64,000 nucleotides of DNA. Source: Candidatus Tepidifontimicrobium thermophilum (lineage in GTDB: Bacteria; Sysuimicrobiota; Sysuimicrobiia; Sysuimicrobiales; Sysuimicrobiaceae). The notes under the pieces are model-generated. The model saw only the letters and a program-made list of their open reading frames with translations. It was not told where the DNA came from and made no database searches. The stretch is taken from positions 56,389 through 120,388 of the forward strand of contig JAVKHO010000007.1 in NCBI GenBank assembly GCA_031459915.1. The letters are read 5' to 3'. Shown in pieces: positions 28,541 through 36,750 of the stretch. Position numbers and translations under genes: made by a program. The first letter of the stretch is position 1, and every line of letters starts with the position of its first letter.

Positions 28541-29179
28541 TTGCGGGCGTTCGCGGTGGGAGGGACTGCGGCGCTGTTGAGCGTGGGCCTGTTCCTGGCC
28601 CTGTGGGGCTCCCCCCCGGACGCCTACCAGGGCGAGTACGTACGGATCATGTACGTGCACGTCCCTGCGGCGGTAAGCGCCTACGGGGCCGCCGCGGTGG
28701 CCTTCGGGGCTGGTGCCCTGTACCTGTGGCGGCGCGACCGGCGGTGGGACTTCGTCGGGCGCGCGGGCGCGGAGCTAGCGGCCCTGTTCTCCGGGCTGAC
28801 CCTCCTCACCGGGATGCTCTGGGGAAAGCCCGTGTGGGGCGTGTGGTGGGCGTGGGACGCCCGGCTGGTCACCACCGCGGTGCTGTTCCTGCTGTACGTG
28901 GGCTGCCTGCTGGTCCGAGATCTCGCGGACGACCCCGAGCGGGGCCGGAGGCTGTCCGCGGCGGTGGCGGTGCTGGCCTTCCTGGACGTGCCGGTGGTCC
29001 ACTACTCGGTGGTGTGGTTCCGGACCCTGCACCAGGGCCCGTCCATCAGCCTGCAGGGTGTGAAGTTGGCGCCGGAGTTCCTCCTGCCGCTGGCGGTGAA
29101 CGCCGTGGCCTACCTGGCCCTGCTGAGTGTGCTGCTGGCCGAACGGGCGCGCCTCGCGAGTCTGGAGGGGGAACGTTGA
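28541..29179 (+). CDS. ccmC: Heme chaperone-loading protein CcmC
   Basis: RIMYVHVP, WGKPVWGVWWAWDARL (WWD motif), SVVWFRTLHQ. Confidence 0.93.
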   Translation: MRAFAVGGTAALLSVGLFLALWGSPPDAYQGEYVRIMYVHVPAAVSAYGAAAVAFGAGALYLWRRDRRWDFVGRAGAELAALFSGLTLLTGMLWGKPVWGVWWAWDARLVTTAVLFLLYVGCLLVRDLADDPERGRRLSAAVAVLAFLDVPVVHYSVVWFRTLHQGPSISLQGVKLAPEFLLPLAVNAVAYLALLSVLLAERARLASLEGER

Positions 29180-29304
29180 GCCCCTGGGCGTGGGTACTAA
29201 CCGCGTACGGCTGCGCCGCCCTGCTGGTGGGCGTTTACGCCTGGCGCCTGTGGCGCCGCTTGCGGCAGGTGTCCAGGGCCAGGCTGGGAGAGGGGGAGAC
29301 GTGA
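29176..29304 (+). CDS. ccmD: CcmD-like small membrane protein (42 aa)
   Basis: MSPWAWVLTAYG...LWRRLR; overlaps both the ccmC stop and the ccmE start. Confidence 0.75.
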   Translation: MSPWAWVLTAYGCAALLVGVYAWRLWRRLRQVSRARLGEGET

Positions 29305-29711
29305 AGCGCCTACGGCTTGCTGCCGCGGTGTTGCTGGTGGTGGGTTCCCTGGGCTACGTGGTGGCCGGCGGGCTCCGGGAGGCGGTGGTGTACTACGTGA
29401 CGCCCACGGAGCTGCAGTCCAGGACCCTGGACCCCCGACGGCCGGTGCGGGTCGGCGGACAGGTAGTACCCGGCTCCCTCCGGCGAGAGGGCGGTGCGCT
29501 GCGCTTCGTGCTGTCCGACGGGCAGGCCCGGCTGCCGGTGCGGTTTGCGGGCAGCGTGGAGGGGCTGCTGGTGGAAGGGCAGGGCGCGGTGGTGGAAGGC
29601 CGGCTGGGGCCGGACGGAACCCTGGAGGCCCGCAGCGTGGTGGTGAAGCACTCGGAGGAGTACACTCCACCCCGCTCTCCGTTGCCACCCGCGGAGCGGA
29701 ACGCGCCCTGA
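29301..29711 (+). CDS. ccmE: Heme chaperone CcmE (His-type)
   Basis: YYVTPTEL, RVGGQV, EGQGAVVEG, KHSEEY (H-x3-Y). Confidence 0.92.
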   Translation: MKRLRLAAAVLLVVGSLGYVVAGGLREAVVYYVTPTELQSRTLDPRRPVRVGGQVVPGSLRREGGALRFVLSDGQARLPVRFAGSVEGLLVEGQGAVVEGRLGPDGTLEARSVVVKHSEEYTPPRSPLPPAERNAP

Positions 29712-29901
29712 GCCAGCGCGGCTGGCCCGGCGTCCACGGACCGGAAGCGCTTGACGGGCTCGGATCGGGGCACGGAAAATCGTGGCCGGACCTTCACGGA
29801 GGGGGCCGAGAGGCTCCCTCTTTGCGTGTGCAGGCCGAAGAGGAGTCCGGGCATCGGAAGTCAAAAAGACACGCCAGCTCATTTTTGATTCGGGAGGCAG
29901 G

Positions 29902-30804
29902 TTGCACCGACGGCAAGCCGGACCCCTGTGCGGCCGGCGGCCCCGCGGGGGGGCCGGCGGGTTGTTGCTGCTGGTGGCGGCGATTCTCGGCCTCGCGGGC
30001 TGCCAGCCGTACGTCGGGGTGAGCACCCCCGCCAGGGAGGCCTACCAGCCCCTGGAAGGGTTCGTGGTGCGCATGAACTTCATGCCCCGCAAGCCCAGCG
30101 CGGACGAGGGCCGCAAGATCTACGAGGCGCGCTGCGCGGTGTGCCACGGGCCCGAGGGCCGTGGGGACGGCCCCATGGCGGAGCAGCTGACCGCTCCGGA
30201 GAAAAACCCGTACACGGACTTCTTGAGCCTGTTCCGCATCCACCCCAAGACCGAGCCGCTGCCGAGTCGGCCCGCCCGCTTCAACAACCTGGACCAGATG
30301 CGGTTGAACGCGCCGTTCGCCCTGTTCGAGACTATCGCCCGGGGCCGGCCCCACACTGCCATGCCCGGCTTCCAGCATCCCGCCTACGGTGCCGTGGATG
30401 GGGGTGATCCGCGCCTTACGGACGAACAGATCTGGGACGTGCTGTTCTGGGAGTGGAGCCGGACCACGAGCCGGGACCGGCTGGCACAGGGAAGGCGGAT
30501 CTACAACCAGCTGTGCGCCAGCTGCCACGGGGTGGCGGGCGACGGGAACGGTCCCGAGGCCGCCCGGATCCGCGAGCAGGTGTGGACGTGGGCGCGGGGT
30601 GTGGGGCCGGGGATCTTCACGGACCGGGACTGGATGGCCTACCGGAAGCCCACGGAGCTGTACCAGAAGATCGCGGAGGGAGTGCAGCGGCGCGGGCTGG
30701 AGCTCATGCCCGCCTACGCGGGCAAGCTCTCGGCGGACCAGATCTGGAGCGTGGTAGAGTACCTGTGGACGTTCGTGTACACGCCGCCGCAGGACCTGCG
30801 CTAG
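29902..30804 (+). CDS. Diheme c-type cytochrome, probable lipoprotein
   Basis: Lipobox LAGC; CAVCH and CASCH, each with a distal MP motif; TTG start after GGGAGG (uncertain). Confidence 0.85.
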   Translation: MHRRQAGPLCGRRPRGGAGGLLLLVAAILGLAGCQPYVGVSTPAREAYQPLEGFVVRMNFMPRKPSADEGRKIYEARCAVCHGPEGRGDGPMAEQLTAPEKNPYTDFLSLFRIHPKTEPLPSRPARFNNLDQMRLNAPFALFETIARGRPHTAMPGFQHPAYGAVDGGDPRLTDEQIWDVLFWEWSRTTSRDRLAQGRRIYNQLCASCHGVAGDGNGPEAARIREQVWTWARGVGPGIFTDRDWMAYRKPTELYQKIAEGVQRRGLELMPAYAGKLSADQIWSVVEYLWTFVYTPPQDLR

Positions 30805-30832
30805 CTGCGGGTGCGGCAACGGAGGCGGGGCT

Positions 30833-31477
30833 GTGAACCGTCGGACGTTCCTCAAGGCGCTGAGTGCGGTGCCGGTGCTGGGGGGTCTCGGCGCCTTCCT
30901 GGCGCCGGTGCTGCGCTACCTGAAGCCGAACCTGGAGCCGGGGCTGGGGGTTCCCCAGGGGAAGGTGCCCCCGGACCTCGCGGAGGGGGACCTCCCGAAG
31001 GGGGAGCCGCTCCCCATCGCCACCCTGGAGGAGCTGCGCGAGCCCTGGTCCAGCAAGTTCTTCGTGTTCACCCAGAAGTACCCGCAGTACACGCCGGAGC
31101 TGGCCAAGGCGGCCACGGTCCCCGGGGTGGCCATCAAGCTGCCGTGGAAGTTGAGCTTCCCCGGCTACAAGGCCGGGAAGGAGCCCACGGACATCGTGGT
31201 GTTCTCCCGCATCTGCCCGCACCTGGGCTGCATCTTCAACTACGTGCCGAACTGGCGGGAGGTCACGGCGGGCTACGGCGGGTACGTGCCGCCGGAGGAA
31301 CGTCGCCACGGCCTCATGGCCTGCCCCTGCCACCTGTCCATCTACGACCCCGCGGACCGGGAGGTGCCCGGCCGGGTGCTGTCGGGACCCGCGCCCCGGC
31401 CCCCCCGCTACTTCACCTACGAGATCCGCGACGGGGTCATCGTGGTGACGGGCGCCGAGCCCGGCGGGATCGCCTAG
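30833..31477 (+). CDS. Rieske [2Fe-2S] subunit of a Rieske/cytochrome b complex
   Basis: Tat signal NRRTFLK; CPHLGC and CPCHLS boxes; GPAPRP. Confidence 0.93.
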   Translation: MNRRTFLKALSAVPVLGGLGAFLAPVLRYLKPNLEPGLGVPQGKVPPDLAEGDLPKGEPLPIATLEELREPWSSKFFVFTQKYPQYTPELAKAATVPGVAIKLPWKLSFPGYKAGKEPTDIVVFSRICPHLGCIFNYVPNWREVTAGYGGYVPPEERRHGLMACPCHLSIYDPADREVPGRVLSGPAPRPPRYFTYEIRDGVIVVTGAEPGGIA

Positions 31478-31489
31478 GGAGCCGGAGCG

Positions 31490-32638
31490 ATGTGGGACCG
31501 GTTGCGGGAGTGGTTCCGGGAGCGCAAGGAGAAGCTGGACCTTTTCGACGAGACCCAGGTCGACCGCCAGGACAACCCCCTCTACCTCCTCGGTCAGATC
31601 GTGTACTTCGCGTGGATCGCGGTGGTGGTGAGCGGGATCCTGCTCATGATCTGGTACGAGCCCACCACCCACGGCGCCTACAACTCCATCCTCCGCATCC
31701 AGCACGAGGTCCCCTTGGGCTGGCTGATCCGCGGGGTGCACAAGTACGGCGCGGACATGCTGATCCTCGCCATCACCCTGCGCATCTACCGGATGTACTT
31801 CCTGGGCGAGTACAAGCGGCCCAACGAGCTGTCGTGGATGATCCTGTTCGGCTCCCTGGTGCTGGCCATGATCTCCGGCCTCACGGGGTACCTGCTGATC
31901 TGGAACCAGCGGGCCTTCTGGGCGGCGAAGGTAGTCCTCACGGTGGCGGTGTACCTGGATGAGCTGCCCCTCATCGGGCAGACGCGGTTCGGCAGCGCCA
32001 TCGCCTTCGCCTTCCTGGGTGGGCCCGCGGAAGGGCAGGGGACTCTCACGCGCTTCTACGCCATCCACTTCGGCATCTCGGCCCTGCTGCTGGTGGCGGC
32101 GGAGATCTACTTCTACTTCACCCGGCGGCGCCGGTTCGTGTTGTCCCCCACCGCTTTGGTGATCCTGGCCCTCATGCTGGTGGTCACCAGCTACGTGTTC
32201 CCCGCGGAGATGGGCCGGCGGGCCGACCCCAACCGGACGCCGCTCCCGATCCTTTCCGACTGGTACTTCCTGGCGCTGTACCAGTACGTGAAGTACACCC
32301 CGCCCCTGTGGGCCGGGCTGGGGCCGGGTCTGCTGATCGCGTACGGGATGCTGGTGCCGTTCCTCGACCGCAGTAAGGGCCGCAGGCCGTCCGAGCGCCC
32401 CTTCTTCACCGTGGTGGGAATTATGGCCCTGACCTACTTCCTGGTGTTCACCGCTCTCATCATGTTCAACATCGCCGTGATCGGGAGGGACCCGCACGTG
32501 GTCCTGCTGGTCACCGCCGCCACCCTGGGTCTGGGCCTGGTGTTGGAGTTCCGTTACCGCCGGCGGAGGAAGCTCGCAGAGGCCGCCGCGCCGGCCCCGG
32601 CGCCGCGGGCCGCGCCGGCCCGGGCGACGGTGGGGTGA
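31490..32638 (+). CDS. Cytochrome b (b6 + subunit IV-like fused), only the bL His pair retained
   Basis: GWLIRGVH, TGYLLIWNQ, LTRFYAIH, SDWYF; Arg and Tyr at the second His positions. Confidence 0.88.
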   Translation: MWDRLREWFRERKEKLDLFDETQVDRQDNPLYLLGQIVYFAWIAVVVSGILLMIWYEPTTHGAYNSILRIQHEVPLGWLIRGVHKYGADMLILAITLRIYRMYFLGEYKRPNELSWMILFGSLVLAMISGLTGYLLIWNQRAFWAAKVVLTVAVYLDELPLIGQTRFGSAIAFAFLGGPAEGQGTLTRFYAIHFGISALLLVAAEIYFYFTRRRRFVLSPTALVILALMLVVTSYVFPAEMGRRADPNRTPLPILSDWYFLALYQYVKYTPPLWAGLGPGLLIAYGMLVPFLDRSKGRRPSERPFFTVVGIMALTYFLVFTALIMFNIAVIGRDPHVVLLVTAATLGLGLVLEFRYRRRRKLAEAAAPAPAPRAAPARATVG

Positions 32639-32642
32639 GGCG

Positions 32643-32906
32643 GTGGAGGCGGTCCGGTTCGGGATGGCTTTCGGCCTGGCGGTAGCAGGCCTGCACGGCA
32701 CCTGGCAGGCGGCGCGCCTGGCGTGGGTACAGCCCCAGCCGGAGCGGTGGCTTGTGGCGGCCGGGTGGCTGGCGGTGCTGGTGGTCTCGGCCGCGTGGGC
32801 GGGCTACCTGCTGTACGCCGCGGACCGCCGGGCGGGCCGGGTGCGTCGACGGGTCGCGGTGTACGAGCGCTGGCTGGCTTTCCAGCGAGGCGGGAGGTGG
32901 GCGTGA
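32643..32906 (+). CDS. Small 2-TM hypothetical protein
   Basis: SD GAGG, two hydrophobic segments, overlaps the next gene. Confidence 0.65.
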   Translation: MEAVRFGMAFGLAVAGLHGTWQAARLAWVQPQPERWLVAAGWLAVLVVSAAWAGYLLYAADRRAGRVRRRVAVYERWLAFQRGGRWA

Positions 32907-33106
32907 GGGAGCCAGAGCGCGGCGGCTGGTACCTGGCGGTGGCGGGCTTTCTGGCGGTACTGGCCCTGGCGTGCGTCGGCCTGATGGTGTACGGGGAGTG
33001 GTTCGACCGGCGCCTGGTGGCCTCGGGAGCCGTGGGCGTGCTGCTGGTGCTGTACGCCGTCATCGTGGTGCTGTTCCGCAAGGCGCACCTCACCGCGGAG
33101 GACTAG
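32903..33106 (+). CDS. Small 2-TM hypothetical protein
   Basis: GTG after GGGAGG, GTGA overlap; WYLAVAGFLAVLALA...VLLVLYAVIVVLF. Confidence 0.7.
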   Translation: MREPERGGWYLAVAGFLAVLALACVGLMVYGEWFDRRLVASGAVGVLLVLYAVIVVLFRKAHLTAED

Positions 33107-33107
33107 G

Positions 33108-34283
33108 GTGTACCGGCGGTTGTTGCTGAGCCTGCAGAGTGCCACCCTGCGGTTGGACACCTGGATCAACCGCGTCCTGCCGCAGGACTTCAACCCCCTG
33201 TACTACACCGGGGGGCTGTCGAACCTGTTCCTCACCATCCTGGTGGTGTCGGGGATCCTCATCTTCCTGTACTACGAGCCGAGCCTGGAGGGCGCCTACG
33301 CCTCGGTGGAGTTCCTCACCCGCGACGTGCCCTACGGGGTCGTGTTCCGCGGGATCCACCGCTACGCCGCGGACGCGTACCTGGTGGCCATCCTCCTGCA
33401 CCTGTTCCGGAACTGGTTCACGGACCGCTACCGGGAGGCCCGGGACAGCCAGTGGCTGTCGGGGATGTTCCTGCTGGTGGTGTCGGGCTTCGCGGGCTTC
33501 ACCGGCTACCTGTTGGTGTGGGACGAGCGGTCGCAGCTGCTGACGAGCCTCACGGTACAGGCCCTGAGGTCCGTCCCCCTGGTGGGAGACCGGCTCGCCC
33601 GGGTATTCCTGGGGGGCCCCGGGGTGAGCGACACCACCCTGCCGCGGTTCCTGTTCCTCCACGTGGGGCCCGCCATGACCCTGTACGTACTCCTGTGGTG
33701 GCACTACGTGCGCCTCCGCCACCCCAAGATCTGGCCCCCCTCCGTGTGGGTGCTGTTCAGCCTGGGCCTGCTGTTCATCCTCGCTTCCGCCTTGCCCGCC
33801 ACGAGCGGACGGCCGGCGCAGCCGGGCGCCTCGCCGGAGGGGTTCGCGGTGGACTGGTTCTTCCTGTGGCCGTACGTGCTGGCCCGCTGGCTGGCGCCCG
33901 GTTGGGCCCTGGCCCTGGTGGTGGCCCTGGTGGCATACGGCATGGTGGTCCCCTACACCCTGCGGGAGACTCCGGAGCAGCGGGGCGTCCGGGCCTTGGG
34001 CCAGGCGGTGGTGGTGGAGGAGAACTGCACGGGCTGCGAGCTGTGCTACTACGACTGCCCGTACAACGCCATCTACATGGTGCCGAGCCCGTACCCGGGG
34101 AAGAGCCGGGCTGCGGCCAACCGGAAGCTGCTGGCAGTGGTGGTGGACTCCCGGTGCGTGGAGTGCGGGATCTGTATCGGCGCCTGCCCCTTCGAGGCCC
34201 TGGAGTTGCCGAGGATGCTGGACAAGGACGTACAGCAGCGCATCCAGCGGGGCGCACGCGCCGCGGCCCCGGTGGGTTCCTGA
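33108..34283 (+). CDS. Cytochrome b fused to C-terminal 2[4Fe-4S] ferredoxin
   Basis: RGIHRY..LLHLFR and FLHV..WWHY (all four His); CTGCELCYYDCP and CVECGICIGACP. Confidence 0.9.
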   Translation: MYRRLLLSLQSATLRLDTWINRVLPQDFNPLYYTGGLSNLFLTILVVSGILIFLYYEPSLEGAYASVEFLTRDVPYGVVFRGIHRYAADAYLVAILLHLFRNWFTDRYREARDSQWLSGMFLLVVSGFAGFTGYLLVWDERSQLLTSLTVQALRSVPLVGDRLARVFLGGPGVSDTTLPRFLFLHVGPAMTLYVLLWWHYVRLRHPKIWPPSVWVLFSLGLLFILASALPATSGRPAQPGASPEGFAVDWFFLWPYVLARWLAPGWALALVVALVAYGMVVPYTLRETPEQRGVRALGQAVVVEENCTGCELCYYDCPYNAIYMVPSPYPGKSRAAANRKLLAVVVDSRCVECGICIGACPFEALELPRMLDKDVQQRIQRGARAAAPVGS

Positions 34284-34293
34284 GGCGAGAGCC

Positions 34294-34725
34294 ATGGCGA
34301 CGGTACCGGATCGGACCCCGCAGGCGGAGGAGGCAGCCCCCCGGGTCGTGGGGTTCCTGTGCGACTGGGCGGTACGCAGCGAGGGGCTCCTGAGCGCCGA
34401 CGACACCCTGGTAGGCATGCCGCATGTCACGGTGATCCGGGTCCCCTGCTCAGGGTTCGTCAAGCCCGGGTGGTTGGAGCTGGCGCTGCGCAGCGGCGCC
34501 GCGGGCGCCTTCGTGTGCGGTTGCCCCATGGGGGACTGCCTCAACCGGGAAGGCAACTGGATCATGGAGGATCGCATCGACCAGCTGCGGAAGCGTTTGA
34601 GCCGGCAGAAGGTGGACCCTGAGCGGGTCGCGTTCTTCGCCTTCGGCCTGCACGAGCGGGAGGACTTCCTGCGCGCGGTGGCGGAGTTCGTGGACCGGGT
34701 GCGCGGATCCGGAGGGAAGCGGTGA
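34294..34725 (+). CDS. MvhD/FlpD-family [2Fe-2S] protein
   Basis: VVGFLCDW, IRVPCSG, GCPMGDC..REGN, VDPERV. Confidence 0.85.
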   Translation: MATVPDRTPQAEEAAPRVVGFLCDWAVRSEGLLSADDTLVGMPHVTVIRVPCSGFVKPGWLELALRSGAAGAFVCGCPMGDCLNREGNWIMEDRIDQLRKRLSRQKVDPERVAFFAFGLHEREDFLRAVAEFVDRVRGSGGKR

Positions 34726-34838
34726 CGCGGTTTGGCCCGAAACGGTGGAAGACGTACCTGTGGTACGCCCTGTTCTACCTGGTGTTCTTTGCCCTGTTGC
34801 TGTTCGTGGCGGCCTTCGGTCTGGTGGCGGAGGCGTAG
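34722..34838 (+). CDS. 38-aa single-TM peptide (not in the ORF track)
   Basis: MTRFGPKRWKTYLWYALFYLVFFALLLFVAAFGLVAEA; GGAGGG SD, GTGA overlap with the mvhD-like stop. Confidence 0.7.
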   Translation: MTRFGPKRWKTYLWYALFYLVFFALLLFVAAFGLVAEA

Positions 34839-34853
34839 CGGAAGGGACACGGG

Positions 34854-36248
34854 ATGCTGGCGTGGATGTTCACCGACGAGCGATGGAGCTCCGTCCGGCG
34901 GTTCCTGTACGCGGGCGCGCTGTGGGGGATCCTGGCGCTGGCCTACGAGGCGCTGGCCGCCGCGCAGCGGGCCTGGCCGCAGGTCCTCGCGGACGTCCCC
35001 TGGGTGTCCCACGGGCGGGTGGTGGCCACCGGACAGGACCTGTGGGTGTTCGGTTTCCTGTCCCACCTCCTGGTGGGCGCGGCGCTGCGGGTGGTGGGAC
35101 AGGGCGACCGGGAGGGGCTGTGGAGCGAGCCCCTCGCGAACCTGAGCCTGTGGCTGTGGACTGTGGCGCAGGTGCTCAGCTGGTGGTGGATCTCCACGGG
35201 CTGGACCCGAGGCCGACCGCTCGGTGAGGCTCCCTGGCCGGTGGACCTGCTCCGGCTAGCGGGCGCGCTGCTTCTGTTGTGGGTGGTTCGCAACACGCTC
35301 GTCCGATCTCCCCGTAGGGACCCCGCGCTGGCCCTGGTGTTCGCGGGCTTCACCGGGCTGCCTCTGGTCCTAGTACTGGGGAAGGGCTTGTTCTGGCCCT
35401 TCGACAACCCCTACCACGGGATCCTGGACGCTCTGAGCCAGGCGTTCCTGCGGGCAGGCCTGGTCTGGCTATGGGGGGTCCCGCTGGCCGGTGGGGTCTG
35501 CCTGTACGTCCTGTCGGCCCTGACCGGCCGGCGCGGGCTTTCGGAGGGAGTGGGCTTCGCCGCCCTGTTCGGCCTGGTCAGTTTCGGGGCTCTCGCTGGG
35601 CCCGCGGAGTTCGTGTGGGGTCCGGTGCCGTTCTGGGTGCAGACCGTGGGCGCTGTGGCGCAGGGGCTGCTGGTGTTGCCGGTGGCGACGCTGCTCGTGG
35701 GTGCCGCGCGGTCGCTGGAAGGGCACTGGCAGTCCCTCGGGGACCACCCCGGTGTGGTCTTCGTGCTGGCGGGCTGGCTGGCGCTGACCTCCGGCGTGTC
35801 TTTGAGCGCGCTGGCGTCCCTCGTGGGTCCCAGCCGCGTGGTGCACCTCTCCCTGTGGGGAGAGGGGGTGCGGGTTCTGGTGCTGGGCGGCTGTGCCGCG
35901 GTGGCCGTGGGGTGTGCGTACCTGCTGACGCCACACGTGCTGGGACGCTCGCTAGCGAGCCGGGCCCTGGCCTGGCGGCATCTGTGGCTGGTGGTGGTGG
36001 CGTGGGCGCTCTCTGCGCCCGCGCTGCTGCTGGCGGGTCTGAGCCAGGGTGCGGCTTGGGCCACGGGCACGGTGCCCTTCGCTCACGCGGTACAGGCCAG
36101 CCGGCCCCTGCTGGCCGTGGCCTGGGCCGCGGCTCTGCTGGTGTGGGTCGGCCAGGCGGTGTTCGCGTGGAACCTGTTCTTGACCTCAGACTCCGGGGAA
36201 CCGGTTCCCGCAGCGGAGCAGGAGCTCCTGCCGGTGGCGGGGTCTTAG
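34854..36248 (+). CDS. cbb3-type oxidase subunit I (CcoN)-like protein lacking metal ligands
   Basis: ~12 TM; GR, GWTRGRPLGEAPWPVD, GPVPFWVQT and GLSQG..W align with CcoN; followed by a CcoO-like gene. Confidence 0.75.
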   Translation: MLAWMFTDERWSSVRRFLYAGALWGILALAYEALAAAQRAWPQVLADVPWVSHGRVVATGQDLWVFGFLSHLLVGAALRVVGQGDREGLWSEPLANLSLWLWTVAQVLSWWWISTGWTRGRPLGEAPWPVDLLRLAGALLLLWVVRNTLVRSPRRDPALALVFAGFTGLPLVLVLGKGLFWPFDNPYHGILDALSQAFLRAGLVWLWGVPLAGGVCLYVLSALTGRRGLSEGVGFAALFGLVSFGALAGPAEFVWGPVPFWVQTVGAVAQGLLVLPVATLLVGAARSLEGHWQSLGDHPGVVFVLAGWLALTSGVSLSALASLVGPSRVVHLSLWGEGVRVLVLGGCAAVAVGCAYLLTPHVLGRSLASRALAWRHLWLVVVAWALSAPALLLAGLSQGAAWATGTVPFAHAVQASRPLLAVAWAAALLVWVGQAVFAWNLFLTSDSGEPVPAAEQELLPVAGS

Positions 36249-36283
36249 GAGTGCGCCAGGCGGTGGGTCCTGGAGGTGGTGCG

Positions 36284-36742
36284 GTGAGGGATGCCGTGGG
36301 AGCTGTAGGGCGGCTGGTGGTGGCCGCGGTGGTGTGCGGGTTTGTGGTGACCGCCCTCCTGCCCGCCCTAGATCCTGCGGTCCGGACCGCGCGGGCGGCG
36401 CCCCTGTCAGCCCAGGCGGCGCGGGGGCGGTGGGTGTACGTGAGGGAGGGGTGTGTGGTCTGCCACACCCAGCAGGTGCGAGGGGTGGAGGCCCGGTTCG
36501 GCGTGGTGCGCGCGCCGGGTGACGTGGGGCAGGCTTCAACTGCGGAGCAGTACTCCGGTCAGGACCCCGTGCTGCTGGGTCGGCTGCGCCTAGGGCCGGA
36601 CCTGTCAAGGGTAGGGGCGCGTACCTCGGGACAGGAATTGCGGACGGCGCTGCTGTCGGGCACGGGGGGCATGCCCTCGTACCGGTACCTCTCGGACGCG
36701 GAGCTGGCTGACCTGGTGGCGTACCTGCTGGCGCTGCGGTAG
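36284..36742 (+). CDS. cbb3-type subunit II (CcoO/FixO)-like monoheme cytochrome c
   Basis: GRWVYVREGCVVCHTQQVR, GPDLSRVGAR, MPSY. Confidence 0.85.
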   Translation: MRDAVGAVGRLVVAAVVCGFVVTALLPALDPAVRTARAAPLSAQAARGRWVYVREGCVVCHTQQVRGVEARFGVVRAPGDVGQASTAEQYSGQDPVLLGRLRLGPDLSRVGARTSGQELRTALLSGTGGMPSYRYLSDAELADLVAYLLALR

Positions 36743-36750
36743 GAGGCGAC

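Noticed and set aside
30814..30828. Second GGCAACGGAG sequence upstream of the Rieske gene as an ANTAR hairpin
   Set aside because: The loop sequence matches but the flanks do not pair into a stem; it is more simply the SD region.
34294..34725. Hydrogenase or methanogen-type Hdr system; selenocysteine recoding
   Set aside because: No hydrogenase or hdr genes in the window; all ligand positions are ordinary Cys codons.
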